Source: the human T2T-CHM13v2.0 reference genome, Homo sapiens. Taken from it: DNA of 64,000 nt. The notes below the pieces were generated by a model. The model was not told the origin of the DNA. It searched no databases and saw nothing but the letters and a program-made list of their open reading frames with translations. Positions within the stretch are counted from its first letter, which is position 1. The number at the start of each line of letters is the position of its first letter. The DNA lies in the NCBI RefSeq assembly GCF_009914755.1, contig NC_060929.1; one strand, 5' to 3'. A program made the translations under genes and the position numbers. Of this stretch, positions 26,303 through 40,599 are shown in pieces.

Positions 26303-29300
26303 CGCAAATACACACCAGGTTTGAGTTAAGGACCAACCTAAAGCACACACAGTGTGATTTCAAGAACCAACTCTTTCTGTCTATGATGATTTACCACTGA
26401 GAAACAAAGGTTTTCATTTTGCAAAGGTTTTCCTGGTGATGACAAAAGGGTTGAAAAATATGTAGAGTGTCTCTAAAGACAGTTTTTTACTTACTGTTAC
26501 TGAAGAACACATGAACCAAAAAGCAGTTTTATAACTTGTGGATGTTGTGGATGTTAAGTATTAAAGATGGGCTTACATTTCAAGAGTAATCAGTAAGGTG
26601 ATAGTACAAAAATCACAATGCCTTGTAAGGAAGTCACAGTTGTCCTACTGTTTGCTAATGGTAGTTAACATGATAACTTGTATAATAGATTAAACTTGCT
26701 AAATTGTGATAGGTGGAGGTATCACTTCCTTAAAAGGCTAGAAGCTGTCAGATGTTAAAAGAGGTTAATACAGAGTCTCTCTCTGTAAGACAGTAAGGAG
26801 TCTTTTTTGAGTAAATATTTAGATGTTCAAAGAACAGAAAGGGTAACTTGGAGGAGAGAAAACCTGGGCTTGGGAACAGTTTAGGACTCTTGTCTTCAGC
26901 ATTTCCCAGGAAAAAGGACTCCAGTGGGCCAACAAAGAGACCCTGATAATTTGCTCAAACCCAACGTGGTATGTGTAGTTCTTACACAAATTCCGAATAA
27001 GCAGCCTTCTAATATCACATTAGTTTCTCTGCCAGAAGCGATATTTCCCAAGAGAAGTAATTAAATGGATTTTCTACTCCAAATTTGTCCTGTGTGAACT
27101 TGGGTAGTAAATTTTTCCAGGGAATGCGTGGATGAATCCTTTTATTTAGACAATCACAAACAGTAGCCTAGGATGAGAGAGAAAAGAAACTGCAAGGTGA
27201 TTTTGAACACTAGTTCATCTTTCCTAATTGCATACCTCTTAACACTTCCAAGCCTTTGTCTCGTGTAACAGAAGAAGGTAATACGACTATCTTATTCATA
27301 AATAACTGTAGCGAGATTGAGATTAGTGAACATCAGGATCCGTACCATTATGTCCCTGTGAGTCTTCTAGTCATGAATTCTGTTGAAAGCTTAGGTAGGA
27401 TGATCGCTTAAATATAAAAGTCTCTCAGAACTGGAAGAAGTCTGAGATATGATAATCACCTTGTAGCGTACATTATGTGTACTGTTATTAAATGTGTATG
27501 TGAAAGTTCTGGGTTTGTCCTTTCAACTAAATTATAGTTTGAACTTTAGTGCATGTAAATTATGCATTGACAAAGGCAGAATACTTTGAGACGTGAATGT
27601 TCAAGTTATTATATGTTATTGTGGGGAGTTTTAAATAGCAACTGGAAACTTATGGTAAAATATTTATTTTGAATAATTCTTCTTTACCAACATTATTTCA
27701 GAAACACATCTAACATGTGGCTGTTGAAGCAATATGGAAATATGAAATATTAAGGAAATGTCACTTATATGTTCATAAGTTTGGTTTTATGTACACTCAC
27801 TTGATGTCTTGAGGAACTGGGGCTCTGTTGGTGCCATCCTCAATTAAAGTGGGAGCACTATAGATACAGCATTTTGCCAGTGTTGATCTACTGATTTAAT
27901 AGGCATTCACTTGTTAAAATGAATTCACATTTATTTGTTGTCTTATTTCGTTAGGTGGCTATACGGCTGATAGTTCTCTGACTTTGAAAGTTTACTTGCA
28001 ATTAATGAAAGCACCCAAGAAAAGAAGGGGAGAGGTGAATGTGGGAACTGTGGTTGCTTTCATTAAAGGTGGTTTTCCTGTAGTAAGTTGAGATGCTTTG
28101 TGTCTACTGAGTATAATCCGTGTGGCAACCTCCTCCAACTTCATAGGCTCTACTCTCTCTACAATATTTGTGAAGGAGAAGGTTTATTTCACATTCATTT
28201 CTGAGGCCTCAGTTTGGCAACCAATTTTCCACATGGCATCCCCTCCACTGCCCCCAGTTCCGGTATGGGCTTCTACCTTCTGGAACTCCATCTGTTCTCC
28301 ATACTAGGGTGCTGGGCTGGACTTCACGTTGCTGATGTAGAAATTCTATACATCTTTTATTACTATGTGCCGTAATTCCCTCAGAGCACCAGCAGTCATC
28401 ACTGCTGTGTGGGTGGAAGTTTTCCCTGAAGAATTTGGAGTTATTAAAGAAAATTCACTACAACAGAGAGGGGAAAACCCTTTTAAATTGTACCCTAAAT
28501 ATGTTTGTTTCTCTAGTCTAAATTCATGTTAAGGAACATAAACTATTTCTTAACTGCAGTATAATATGGAAAGATGGGACACACTTTACATTGCTGTATA
28601 GAGCCATGTCTGTTCTCCCTAGCTTACCTCACAGGTGCCCTTGTTTTCTGACGTATGTGTCCATAAAGCCTTCCCACTATTAGTTGTCTTGGTGGGTCTC
28701 TGTTTTTTAGAACTAAGCCTTTTGCTTTCTATAATTTTAGCTCTCCTTAAGCCTCTCCCACATTTCAGGTATATAAGTTATATTAATACTGAAAGCAATC
28801 TGGAAAAATGAATATTAGTTTTCTAGATAAGGAAACAGTGTTAGATAGGTCAGATAATTTGAACAATGTCACATGTCTAGAAATCCTAGATTGTATGCTT
28901 TCAAAGTCCATGCTATCATCTGAGATTTGTATCACATTGTATCTTGTAAAGTAATTGAGTGACATGATAAGATGTCAAGGCTGCTTCAACTGACCCATAA
29001 ATGTGCAAATATTTTACAGCAATAGGAACAAAGCTTTTTTTTTCTGTTAACTTCCTTTTTTCAGGAAAAGAATGAGTATAGAGATGAGTATAGAGATCTT
29101 TTGAAATCATAATTTCAAAAGATAAAGGTTTTGGCTAAGTGCTTGGGAAGAGTAACAAGTTGCAATACTGTAGTAGCTTCATTATTAGAAAGCTAAAAAA
29201 CTTCATATAATTTCTGACTAGAAAGTTAACAGATTAATCAAGACTGTTAGCAATTGGAAAGTCTCAAGCTTTGGTTGAGAATGTTTCATTGACATTTAAA

Positions 29301-29443
29301 ATTTTAATTTTTTAAAATGGGCATTTATTTTACATAATCAAAATTCAAAACATACAAAAGAATGTATAATGAAAAGTTTACCTCCCAACCCTGTCCCCAG
29401 GCCATCAGCTGTTTCTCCCTAAAGATAACTAATATTTTCCACT

Positions 29444-31070
29444 TCTCATTGTGGTTTTGATTTGCATTTCTCTAATGATGAGTGATGTTGAGCATTTTTT
29501 CATGTGCTTGTTGGCCATGCGTATGTCTTCTTTTGCAAAGTGTCTGTTCATGTCCTTTGCCCACTTTTTAATGGGGTTGTTTTTTGCTTGTTAATTTATT
29601 AGGTCTCCTTTTAGATTCTGGATATTATGTATTTGTTGGATGCATAGTTTGCAAATATTTTCTCCTGTTCTGTAGGTTGCCTGTTTACTCTGTTGATAGT
29701 TTCTTTGGCTGTGCAGAAGCTCTTTAGTTTAGGTAGGTCCCATTGGTCAATTTTTGTTTTTGTTGCAAATTGCTTTTGGAGTCTTCATCATGAAATCTTT
29801 ACCAAGGCCTATGTCCAGAATGGTATTTCCTAGGTTTTCTTCCAGGGTTTTTGTAATTTTAGGTTTTATGTTTAAGTAGTTAATCCATTTTGCATGGATT
29901 TTTGTATATGGTGAAAGGAAGGAGTCCAGTTTCAATCTTCTGCATATGGCTAGCCAATGATCCCAGCACTATTTACTGAATAAGGAGTCCTTCCACCATT
30001 GCTTCTTATTGTTGATTTTGTTGATGATTAGGTGATTGTAGGTGTGTGGCTTTATTTCTGGGATCTCTAACCTGTTTCCATTGGTCTATGTATTTGTTTT
30101 TGTACCACTATCATGCTGTTTTGGTTACTGTAGCCTTATAGTATAGTTTGAAGTTGGGTTGTGTGATGCCTCTGGCTTTGTTCTTTTTGCCTAGGATTGC
30201 TTTGGTGATTTGGGCTCATTTTGATTCCACATATATTTTAGAATAGTCTTCTCTAATTCTGTGAAAAATAACATCGGTAGTTTGATAGGAACAGCATTGA
30301 ATTTGTAAATTGCTTTGGACAGTATGGCCATTTTAAGAATATTGATTCTTCTATACCATCTCATACCAGTCAGAATGGCTATTGTTAAAAAGTTGAAAAA
30401 TAACAGATGCTGGCAAGGTTGGGAAGAAAAGAGAATGCTTACACACTGCTGGTGGGAATGTAAATTATTTTAGCCACTGCAGAAACAGTTTGGAGATTTT
30501 TCAAAGAACTTAGAACTACCATTTGGCCCAGCAATCCCATTACTGGGTATACATCCAAAGGAATATAAATCATTCTGCCATAAAGTCACAATCATATGTA
30601 TGTTCATCATAGCACTTTTTGCAATAGCAAAGACATGGAATCAGCCTAGATGCCCATTAATGGTAGACTGCATAAAGAATACACAGTACATATACACCAC
30701 GGAATACTACACAGCCATTAAAAGAATGAAATCATGTCCTTTGTAGCAACATGGATGCAGCTGGAGGCCATCATCCTAAATAAATTAATACAGGAATGGA
30801 AAATCAAATACCTTGTGTTTTCACTTAGAAGTGAGTAAACATTGAGTACACATGGACACGAAGAGTGGGACAATAGATCCGGGGGCTATTTGAAGGTGGA
30901 GGGTTGGAGAAAGGTGAGGATTGAAAACCTACCTATTAGGTATTATGCTCACTACCTGGGTGACAGAATCATTTGTACACCAAACCCCAGCGACACGCAA
31001 TTTACCCATATAACAAATCTGCACATGTACCCTCTGAATCTAAAACAAAAGATGGAAGAAAAATATTTTT
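29444..31070 (+). mobile_element. 5'-inverted (twin-primed) truncated L1PA (approx. L1PA13-16)
   Basis: 29444-30354 is antisense ORF2 (ORF 29747-29935, [21 protein letters not shown]). 30353-31070 is the sense ORF2 end plus 3' UTR. The two halves are contiguous in the L1 consensus. Confidence 0.9.
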
Positions 31071-32379
31071 TAAAAGTCAATGGCCATCTGTGCCTATTTC
31101 CTGTTGTACCACATCACCTCCTTCTTAGATTTTGTGGAGACATGGTAAACCCCCAAATCCTTTCCAACAGCCTCTGTCACTTCCAGCTCGATTAAAAAAA
31201 AACAAAAAATTATATTGTCCATTTTTTGGTTATGCTTCTAGAGATATGTTCTAAATACGCATATGTGTTGCTTTTATCTTTCTTCAGTTTTAAAAAACAT
31301 TTTATTTTGAGATAACTGTATATTCACATACAGTTACAGGAAATAATAGGATTCTATATACCCTTTACCCAGCTTCCCCCAAAGGTAACTTATAGTATAG
31401 GACTATATGATACTGTGTTAATATTATGGTACAATATCAAAATCATAGTACAACATCACAACCAGGATATTAACATTGATACAGCCAAGACACAGAATAT
31501 TTATGGAATCACAAGAATCCCACATGTTGCCCTATTATAGCCACATCCACTTCCTTTCCACCCCTACTCCCTTCTTAAACCCTGGCAAACACTAATCTGT
31601 TCTGCATTTCTATAATTTTGTCATTTCAGTGATGCTATAATGTTATAATGGAATAATGTTATAATGAAATCATACAGTTTTTAGCCTTGCAAGATTGGGG
31701 TTTTTTCTTTCACTGTAATTCACTGGAGATTCATCCAGGTTGTTACATGTATAGTTTGTTTTCTTAAATTGCTGAGCAGTATTCCATGGTGTGTATGCAC
31801 CATAGTTTAGTCATTCACTTGTTGAAAGACATCTGTTTTTTTCCCAATTTTTGTATATTATGAATAAGGCTAAATGTTCTAAGCATTTGTGTACAGGTTG
31901 TTGGGTGAATTTAAGTTTTTCTTTCCCTAGGAAAAATGATCAAGGGTGTGATTGCTAGGTTGTATGTGGTTGCATATTAATTTTTTTCCAGATTGCTTGT
32001 CTAAAGTATCTTCCAGAGTGGCTGAACAATTTTATATTCTTACTAGCAATGTATGAGTGATTCAGTTTCTCCACATCCTCATCAGCATTTGTTGTTGTCA
32101 TTATTTTTATTATTTTAGCCATTATGATAGTTGTATAGTGGTATCTCATTGTGGTTTTACTTTGCATTTCCTTAATGGCTGATGATCTTGAAAATCTTTT
32201 CATATGCTTATTTGCCATTGATCTATCTTCTTTGATGAAATCTCCTTGTATCTTTGCCTCATTTTCAAGTTGTATTATTTGCTTTTTTAACTTGAATTTG
32301 AAGCCATTAATTATAAATTCTAGATACTACTACTTTGTTTAATATGTGTTCTGCAAATGTTTTCTCTCAGTCAGATTGT

Positions 32380-32690
32380 CTTTTTTTTTTTTTTTTAAGA
32401 GACCAGATCTCACTCTGTTTCCCAGCTGGAATGCAGTGGCAAAATTATAACTCGCTTCAGCTTTGAACTCCTGGAGTCAAACAGTCCTCCCACCTCAGCC
32501 TCATCAGTAGCTAGGACTACAGGCATATCCCACCATGTCCGGTTAATTTTTCTTTCTTTTTTTTTTTTTGTAGAAATGGAGTCTTGCAATGTTGCCCAGG
32601 CTGGTATTGAACTCCTGGTCTCATGTGAACCTCCTGCCTCAGCCTCCCAAAGCACTTGGATTAAAGGCGTGAGATACTATGCCTTGCCCT
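32380..32690 (-). mobile_element. AluJ
   Basis: Diverged reverse Alu dimer with poly-T tail. Confidence 0.88.
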
Positions 32691-33351
32691 TAGCTTAGCT
32701 TGTCTTTTTATTCTCTTAACAGGGTCTTTAGTAAAGCAAATGATTTTTATTTTTTATGAAGTCCAATTTATCAATTTTTCCTTTTATGAATCATGCTTTT
32801 TGTGTTATGTTTAAGAACGGTTTGTCTAGCCCTAGATCCCAAGGTTTTCTATTTTTTCCCTAAAATTTTATAGTTTTATATTTTAAATTTAAGTTCTTGG
32901 TTCATTTTGAGTTAATTTTTGTTATAAGGTGTAAGACTTGGGTTAAGGTTCAATTTTTTTTTTTTGCCTATAGATTTCTAGTTCTTCTAGCACTATTTGT
33001 TGCAAAGTCTATCTTTCCTCCATTGAATTGCTTTTGCACCTGTGTCAAAAAGCAATTTTTCATATTTGCATGAGTCTGTGTTCTCTATTTTCTTTCCTTT
33101 ATCTATATGTCTATTCCTCTATTAACACCTAGTTATGATAGGTATGTAAGTCTTGAAATAGGGTAGACTGACTCCTCTCACTTTATTTTCCTTTGCCAAG
33201 ATTATTTTAGCCATTATAGGAATTGTGCCTTTCTATATAAATTATGGAACTGATGTTTTTACTAAATGAGTCTCCAATCCATGAACATGACATATCTCCC
33301 AATTTATTTAGATTTAGATCTTCTTTTATTTCTTTAATCCAGGTTTTGTAG

Positions 33352-33671
<320 letters not shown>

Positions 33672-35292
33672 ATTTATCTTTTTTTGAGTGATTATAAATG
33701 ATAATCATTTTTATCATAATTAGATTGTTGTATGTTTACCTTGTCTCTTGTAACTGCAGAACTCACTTTAGTTTTAGGTATTTTTATGTTTTTTTATTTT
33801 TATTTACTTTTTTTTTTAGATTCCTTGGGATTTTCATATAGACTATCGTATCATCTGCAAGCAGTGGCAGTTTTATTCTTCCATTCCAATCTGTATGCCT
33901 TGTATTTCATTTTCTTGCTTTATTGTTCACTGTACTGGCTAGAACTTCCAACACTATGCTGAATAAGAGTGGTGAGAACAAACAACTTTGTTTTTTTCCG
34001 GAATCTTAGGGGGAAAACACTCTTTCACCATTAAATATAATGTCTGCTGAGGATTTTTGTTGATACTCTTTATGAAATTGAGGAACTTCCTCTTCATTCT
34101 CATTTTTCTATGAGTTTTTAAAAAATCATGAATGGGTGTTGAATTTTGTTAAATGCTTTTCTGTAAATTATAAGATCATGTAGTTTTTCTTCTTTAGTCT
34201 GCAACTATGGTGGGTAACAATGAATGACTTTTGAATATTGACCCACCCTTGGATTCCTGAAATAAACTTCACCTGGTCATAATGTATATTTCTTTTTTAT
34301 TTATTGCTGAATTCTGTTTGCTGATATTTTGTGAGGCGTTTTGCCTCTACACTCACAAGAAATAATGTTCTTTAGATTTTTCTCTTTTTGTGGTTTTGGT
34401 ATCAGAATAAGACTAGCTTAATAAAATGACCTGGGAAGTGTTCATGCATCTTGTATTTTCTGGAAGAGATTGTGCAGAATTGGTGTTAATTCTTTTTTAA
34501 ATGTATGGTAGAATTCTTCAATGAAACCATCTAGGCCCAGAAATTGCTTTTCTGGAAGTTTTAAAATTATAAACTCAATTTTCTCAACTCTTGGTTGTAC
34601 TTTGCAGGAGGAATAGGGAAAAGTATATCTACTCCTTTCCAGGAGAAGTCTCCCCATTTAATTTCGACATATTGAACTCTTTTCATCACATTTTTTGTAC
34701 AATTATAGCATGCAAAACGCTTTGCTCTACATCATACTTTTATTTACTATTATATTTTAGAGATCACTTTGTATCAGTTTATAAAAAGCCTCTTCATTTT
34801 AAAATATTTGCATGATATTTTATTAAGTAGTTGTATCATTATTTCTTTAATCAGTTTCCAATTAACGAATTTTAAGTTGTTTCTCTTATAATAATGTAAT
34901 GAATAACCTTGCATGTGTTATTTTGTTGCAGTGATTTCAATAAAAATTTACAGAATATTACACACAGCTATATGCAGTATAGCAAGTTAGCAATACAGGG
35001 GGCTTTTTTGAGAGCCACTGAAATTACCATATTCTGTTTCTATTTTATGGCAATAAAATGGAAGTTACAGGACTCCTACAGATAGAGCCTGGTCTCTATT
35101 CCCATCTCATGCTATGACAAGGAATATCCTGATGTTAACTGTTCTAGGCTTCTGCCTGAAGGAAAAATTCTTCGATTCTCTAAATGGTTCTAGAATCCTG
35201 AATTGGTTCGGCTCATGGACAAGGGTTGGTGCCCAGTCTTTACTGCCTGCCCAGCTTTTGTAGACCTGAGTTGGCTAATGTCTGTATAGGAT

Positions 35293-35293
<1 letters not shown>

Positions 35294-35335
<42 letters not shown>
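35294..35335. repeat. (GT)n microsatellite
   Basis: Directly visible. Confidence 0.97.
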
Positions 35336-35337
<2 letters not shown>

Positions 35338-36741
35338 ATGAATTGCAGAAGGTAAGTTTGAGGGTGAGGGGTACTGACTTGTTTTTTTTAGCTTTTCCCA
35401 AGAAAGAAATCATAGGCCAAGGCTGATATACAAATGTAATTTTCTTACCTCATTGGAAACACTGTCTGCTGAAGAAATCTCTCTTGGTTCTTTCATAGAA
35501 ACATCAAAAAAAGCGAGAATCAAGATCTCTAGCCATGTCCTTGCTGATATTTAGCAGCTTTCTGGGAAGAAGCCAGAGGTCTTGGTATACCTTGATTAAG
35601 TTTGTGCATCAATTGTTTGACATCTTAGACTTCAATTTCCCATAGAATTGTCTTCAGAGAATCATGAAATATTATGACATCACATTGTAATTGCATAATT
35701 ACTTGTCTGCCTATTCACTTAGTCTTAAAGTCCTTGAGTACAGGATTGTATCTTCTCTTGTCTATGGGTTCCCAGACTCTAACACAGGTGTGGCACATAG
35801 TATGTCTTAAAAAATAAGAATTGGAAGGGACCTTGAAGACTATTGTTAGGGGGAGGACTTCTTCCTCACTCCTGATGTTTCATTCTTAATGGAGAAAGTA
35901 TCACTGGTAATTACATACCTGATCTACCTCCTTTCCACTATATCCTTCCCAAGGCAGGAGGAGAGTATCTCATTGGAGAATTAAACTGGGCATGCTCAAC
36001 CTAGCTGTTTTCATTACCTTCTTGGCAATAAAGTGCCTGCGTGGGAGCAGGTGTTCTCTGTTCCTTAAAACCTAAGTCTTACCTTGGCAGGCTTTGATGT
36101 GAGGAGGCCTGCCTGGCCCGGTTTTGCCTCTTATTGGGTAGGTATATCAGTCTAATTATGGGATTTAAAAAATAGAACCACTGTAATTGTACATTAAACT
36201 ATGTCCTCCAATGTTACAGAAACAATTGGCGCCACCTTTATGCCTTTTATTTCTCAATTTGTTTGGAATGGGGCAGGAAAGGGGGTGCTACTTGGGCCCT
36301 CTTGAAAACCATTTCTCTCACCTCTTAATTTATGAATGAAGGGGCTGAGGCCAACAGAAGTAAAGTTTAATTTGCCCAGATTCAAGTGGTAGTTTATGAG
36401 TACCTGTTCTGTGCCAGTCTAGATATTGTAAAGGATACACGTATAAACACAACTCAAGTTTCTTAAGAAGCTTATAATTTAGTGACCAACCGGAGGTCCC
36501 ACAGCAAGCTGGAACTGAGAAGTGATTTCTCTGTTGTTTATAATGCTGTTATATTTTTGTTTCCTCTATTTTCTATCTTCTTTTTTTATTGATATAATTG
36601 AGTTAAATAGGCTTTTCTATGCAAATTATGGAATTTAATTACATTTTCTTTCTATGAAAGAATATTTCTAAAAGCACAGATTTTAATTCTCTGAACTGCT
36701 GTCCTCCTCCGCACACAGGAGGGGCCCTTTGAAGATTATCA

Positions 36742-36965
36742 AATGGTATGCTGGTAAACTGGCTTTCTGGGGGGTGGGGAGATTAGAGAGAAATGGGAAG
36801 CCCTGTTTATAGAATTTGCCAATTTCTATGGTGTAAATACTCCTACCATAGCTGATTTCAAGCTACTGATGATTTAACAACCAGTTTGCAAAGTTCCTGA
36901 AAATTTAGCAATCAGTACTTCTGAGCCAGATACAAGATACAAGCTGGCTTCAGCAGACCTTACTA
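36742..36965 (-). mobile_element. MER63-like (hAT-Blackjack) DNA transposon fossil
   Basis: GGTGTAAATACTCCTACCATAGCTGATTTCAAGCTAC and TTCCTGAAAATTTAGCAATC match the recalled reverse MER63. Confidence 0.75.
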
Positions 36966-37504
36966 CAGGTTCTTCTCCCACTCCTCGCAGTAAAAATAGG
37001 CTAAATATTTACTGAGCACCTGTTATATGTCAGTCTCTGGGCTTTCTTTGGGGGTTAGACATAGTCTGAGACCTCAGGGAATGTATAGTTTAGAGGGGGA
37101 GATAGTATATTTCAGCACTGTGTGGTATTAGGCCAGGGAAATGAGAAATATCAGTAGGAATCAGAAAACTCTTCTTAGAGGTGGTGACATCTACATGAAA
37201 TCTGAGGAATGGCAAAGAATTAGACTGAGAGGGAGGGGTGGAGAAGAATGCTCCACAGGAAACAATTATGTACAGGCTTAAATAATGAATAAGCAGAATG
37301 TGAGTGTGGAGTTAGAAGTGGTCTAGCAAGAGCTGAAGGGCAGCCTGAATTTCCCTCCTGAGTGCCCACTCCACATATCTGGCCTTCTGCTTGACACCTC
37401 CATGAGGATGTGCCACAGAGTCACCAAATTCAACATATTCCAAAGTAAGCTCCTTCCACCTTTCTCCTCCTCAGCTTGGTCCACAATACTAACCGTCTCT
37501 TACT

Positions 37505-38170
37505 TCTATGGCTGGATAATATTTTGAGATACTAATTTATGATTTTTTTTCCAACTTGTATTTACCCCCTTGTTGCCTTCGGGAGAGATGTGGCAGGGTA
37601 GAGAGGAGTTGCCTGCAGATCATTTTTTCATTCTGGCTCTTACTGAAAACAACCTGAGCCCCCAGAGACAGAATAGAGTTTGCTGGCAATGGCAGAGTGT
37701 CTGGGAAAAAAAAAATGAAGAGGAAGGATTTTCCTTAAGAAGTGATTCCCTTGTATCTGGAAAGAAGAGGATAGAAGTCAGTATGTCCCAAGGCAGTGGG
37801 ATTTGAGCCCTGAACTTGGACCACCATAATACCCTAAACATAAATGACCGAGGATGTGTGAGGCTTAGCAGGATGGTCCCAGATCTAGGAAATTCCTCTG
37901 GCCTCAGGTGTGGTGCCGGAGCCAAAGGGAGGGAACCAGTGTATAGGGCAGGGCCGTCTCGTCTATAGGCAGGTTGTGCACTGTATCATGGAACCATAGG
38001 TGGCAGCTCCAGGAAGGAACAAAGGAAACCTCTGTGGACAGATGACTGCAATCCGAAGGACCTCCCCTCCACTCCCTGCCATCATCACCCATTCATGGTC
38101 TGGTCTGGCATATGCTCTTGGAACTTTGACCCTGCTCGAGGGAATGAGGGAAGAACTTTACAAAAGAGTA
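37505..38170 (+). mobile_element. Possible ancient LTR (MamGypLTR-like)
   Basis: Start T(A)TGGCTGGATAATATTTTGAGATACTAATTTATG resembles recalled MamGypLTR 5' ends. Boundaries uncertain. Confidence 0.45.
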
Positions 38171-38179
38171 AGGCCTTTA

Positions 38180-38649
38180 AAGAGAAATAAAATCAAGTGC
38201 AGATTCACGTTCTATGTTCTTCTCCTAGTCTCCTCAGTGTCTCAAAGGGCTGATCCCCGTAGGCTGTTTCCCTGGCTCCCATGGCAGGTGTATCAGACTT
38301 GGCCAATGCAAGGCACTGGAAGGAGATTGGAGGGCAGGAGAGGAGAACGTATAGTACATTTCCCCCTTCTCCCTCCCTAGATTGCTTCTTTGGCAGTGGT
38401 TGTTTCTCCTCTATGGCCGCAGCTCTCACCAGGCTGGCCATGCTGCCTGGGCCCTGGACTCCAATAACCCTGCCTCTTCTCTTATTTCTCCAGCTAGAGG
38501 TCGCAGTTGCTAGTTTCTGGATTACTGTGCCATCTCCTGATTAGCTTCTGACTTTTCCTATCACCTACGTTACCAATTTCTTGCATTCAATTACTTCTGT
38601 AGATACTCAAAATGGTTTCTGTTTTCCTGGTTAGACCCTGCTTGAAACA
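38180..38649 (+). mobile_element. ERVL solo LTR, LTR33-like
   Basis: TTGGCCAATGCAAGGCACTGGAAGGAGATTGGAGGGCAGGAG and terminal GTTTCTGTTTTCCTGGTTAGACCCTGCTTGAAACA. Confidence 0.7.
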
Positions 38650-40599
38650 AATGAGTTTATAGAAAAGAAGGTAATGTGGTATTTCTTGCACACCTGTCTT
38701 TGTAGATTCTGTTTTACATCATTATGTTGTTATCAAATTCACCTATTCTGTTCTCTCAAGCTGGTTGTTTGCTAGCCGACATCATTTACATCAACGTAGT
38801 ATAATATTTCCCAGGCAGCTGACATTTTAAAGTCATTTTAAAGGGATTTTCTGGAAAGGATGCCTTGAGGCAAAGACATAACTTACACAAGGAGTGTGTG
38901 AGATGGAGCTTCTGAGTCCCCAAATTCAGAAGGCCTTTCAGGGCTCTGGGTCTATTCTACATTTGGGCCTAACCCTTTATATGAATGCCATTTTTCTTTA
39001 TAGGTTGAAGAGATCTTCCTAAAACACTAAAAAGCTCTGGGAAGGGATTCTGCATTAACTTGCACCTCTTATATGCCCCTCAGCCACGGCACTTGCAACC
39101 CACATCCAATCCGAGTGAAGACAATACCCAGTCAGTATCTCTAGGTGGCATAAACATATCCTTGATGGAGCCACACATAAAGCTATTATCAACCATTACT
39201 GCATGGTGAATTGGTTTATTAGGTGTTCTTTGTGACACTCAAGAACTGACTTAGGTTCTGATTGGGTGAAGATTCAGGGTTAGGATGGGAGCATAGAACA
39301 CCACCCAGGGAGGGAGGCAATTTGGAGACAATGCCCTCAAGAGAGCTAGCCTTGAGCCTAATAAACTAAGAGGGGAACTTTATTGCTTTTGGCCAAAGCA
39401 CACTGCCAAACTCTCAGCGCAAAGGGCAAGTACAAGACATTCTTCTGAAAAAGTTATAAGATTTCAGACAGGAAGAAATGAAATTAAGTCTCTTAATATA
39501 AAATATACAATGTTTTGGAGGTGGTTTTATGAGAATGATCATCAGGACAATACACTATTGTGTCAAACAGATTATAATCGGAAATAATTCTCGGTGTATT
39601 CTCCTAATGTACTGATGCAAAAAAAGTTTCTTCATTTATTTATTCATATTATGTTGTGCTAGCTTCTATATTTTTGAAATTACATGCAAATCTATGTCGG
39701 GAAAAAAAGTAACTGATGTTTTGTAAAATTGTTTAGGGAACATTCCTTAAAACTTATTCTTCCCTCTACCTTCCTTTACTTATTTTAGGGCACATAAGCA
39801 GTAGCATAAAATGGCTTATAGCTGAGCGGCCTCCGGGAGTGGTTCTGTTGGACTAGAGGTGTTTATATATTTTTTGCCTTTATATTATCAGGAACATATG
39901 TAGATTCTGGAACAAGTGTGAATCAAGACTCGTTTAAACTTATATTAATCTACTCCAGATTTATGTCTTTTATGTTAAGATAAAGCATTTTGTCTTTTAA
40001 AAAATAAAACTCTCTTGATTGGACACTGGTACCGAAATTTATAACACTTATAAACAATTTTGGGGTTCACCGACTGCGTACACATTCAGCCTTAGCCACT
40101 CAGTAGGCATATGACCTAAACTTTCTGCATTTTTAAAATGTGGATCATAATTGGTTACTTCCTCACAGAATGGTTATTGAGAGATGTAAATTTGGATATG
40201 CATGCCAGTAAATATTCTTATTGCTGAGCTTAACCAGTTCGGCAGAAATGTACATGAATTGAGAGAAGCAAATCTTCATCAAAGAAAATAATTTATTACA
40301 ATAATAGACAAGATCAACATTTGTGCAAATTAAAAAATAGTTAATCCAATCAGAATCTGAATTTGAACTCCCCCCCCCGCCCCACCCCGCCACCTTCACT
40401 GGGTATTACGAGTTTTCGTAGACTGATCCTATAATTTTTAATTTCATGGCCTTCTAGTTTTCTGTACTTTTGCTTAGTGCTGAGCCCTTTAAGCAGAGAC
40501 TCACAAGTGACAAATATCAGCACACCACTTAACTGAGGAAGCCGGAGTGTTCCCAGGTCCGCAAGTTGGAGCTCTTTAGTTGGAGTGCTGGGTTTAGAC

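Noticed and set aside
25418-26400. Poly-His/HT and CV/ER repeat ORFs
   Set aside because: Translations of (CAT)n, (CA)n and (CT)n microsatellites.
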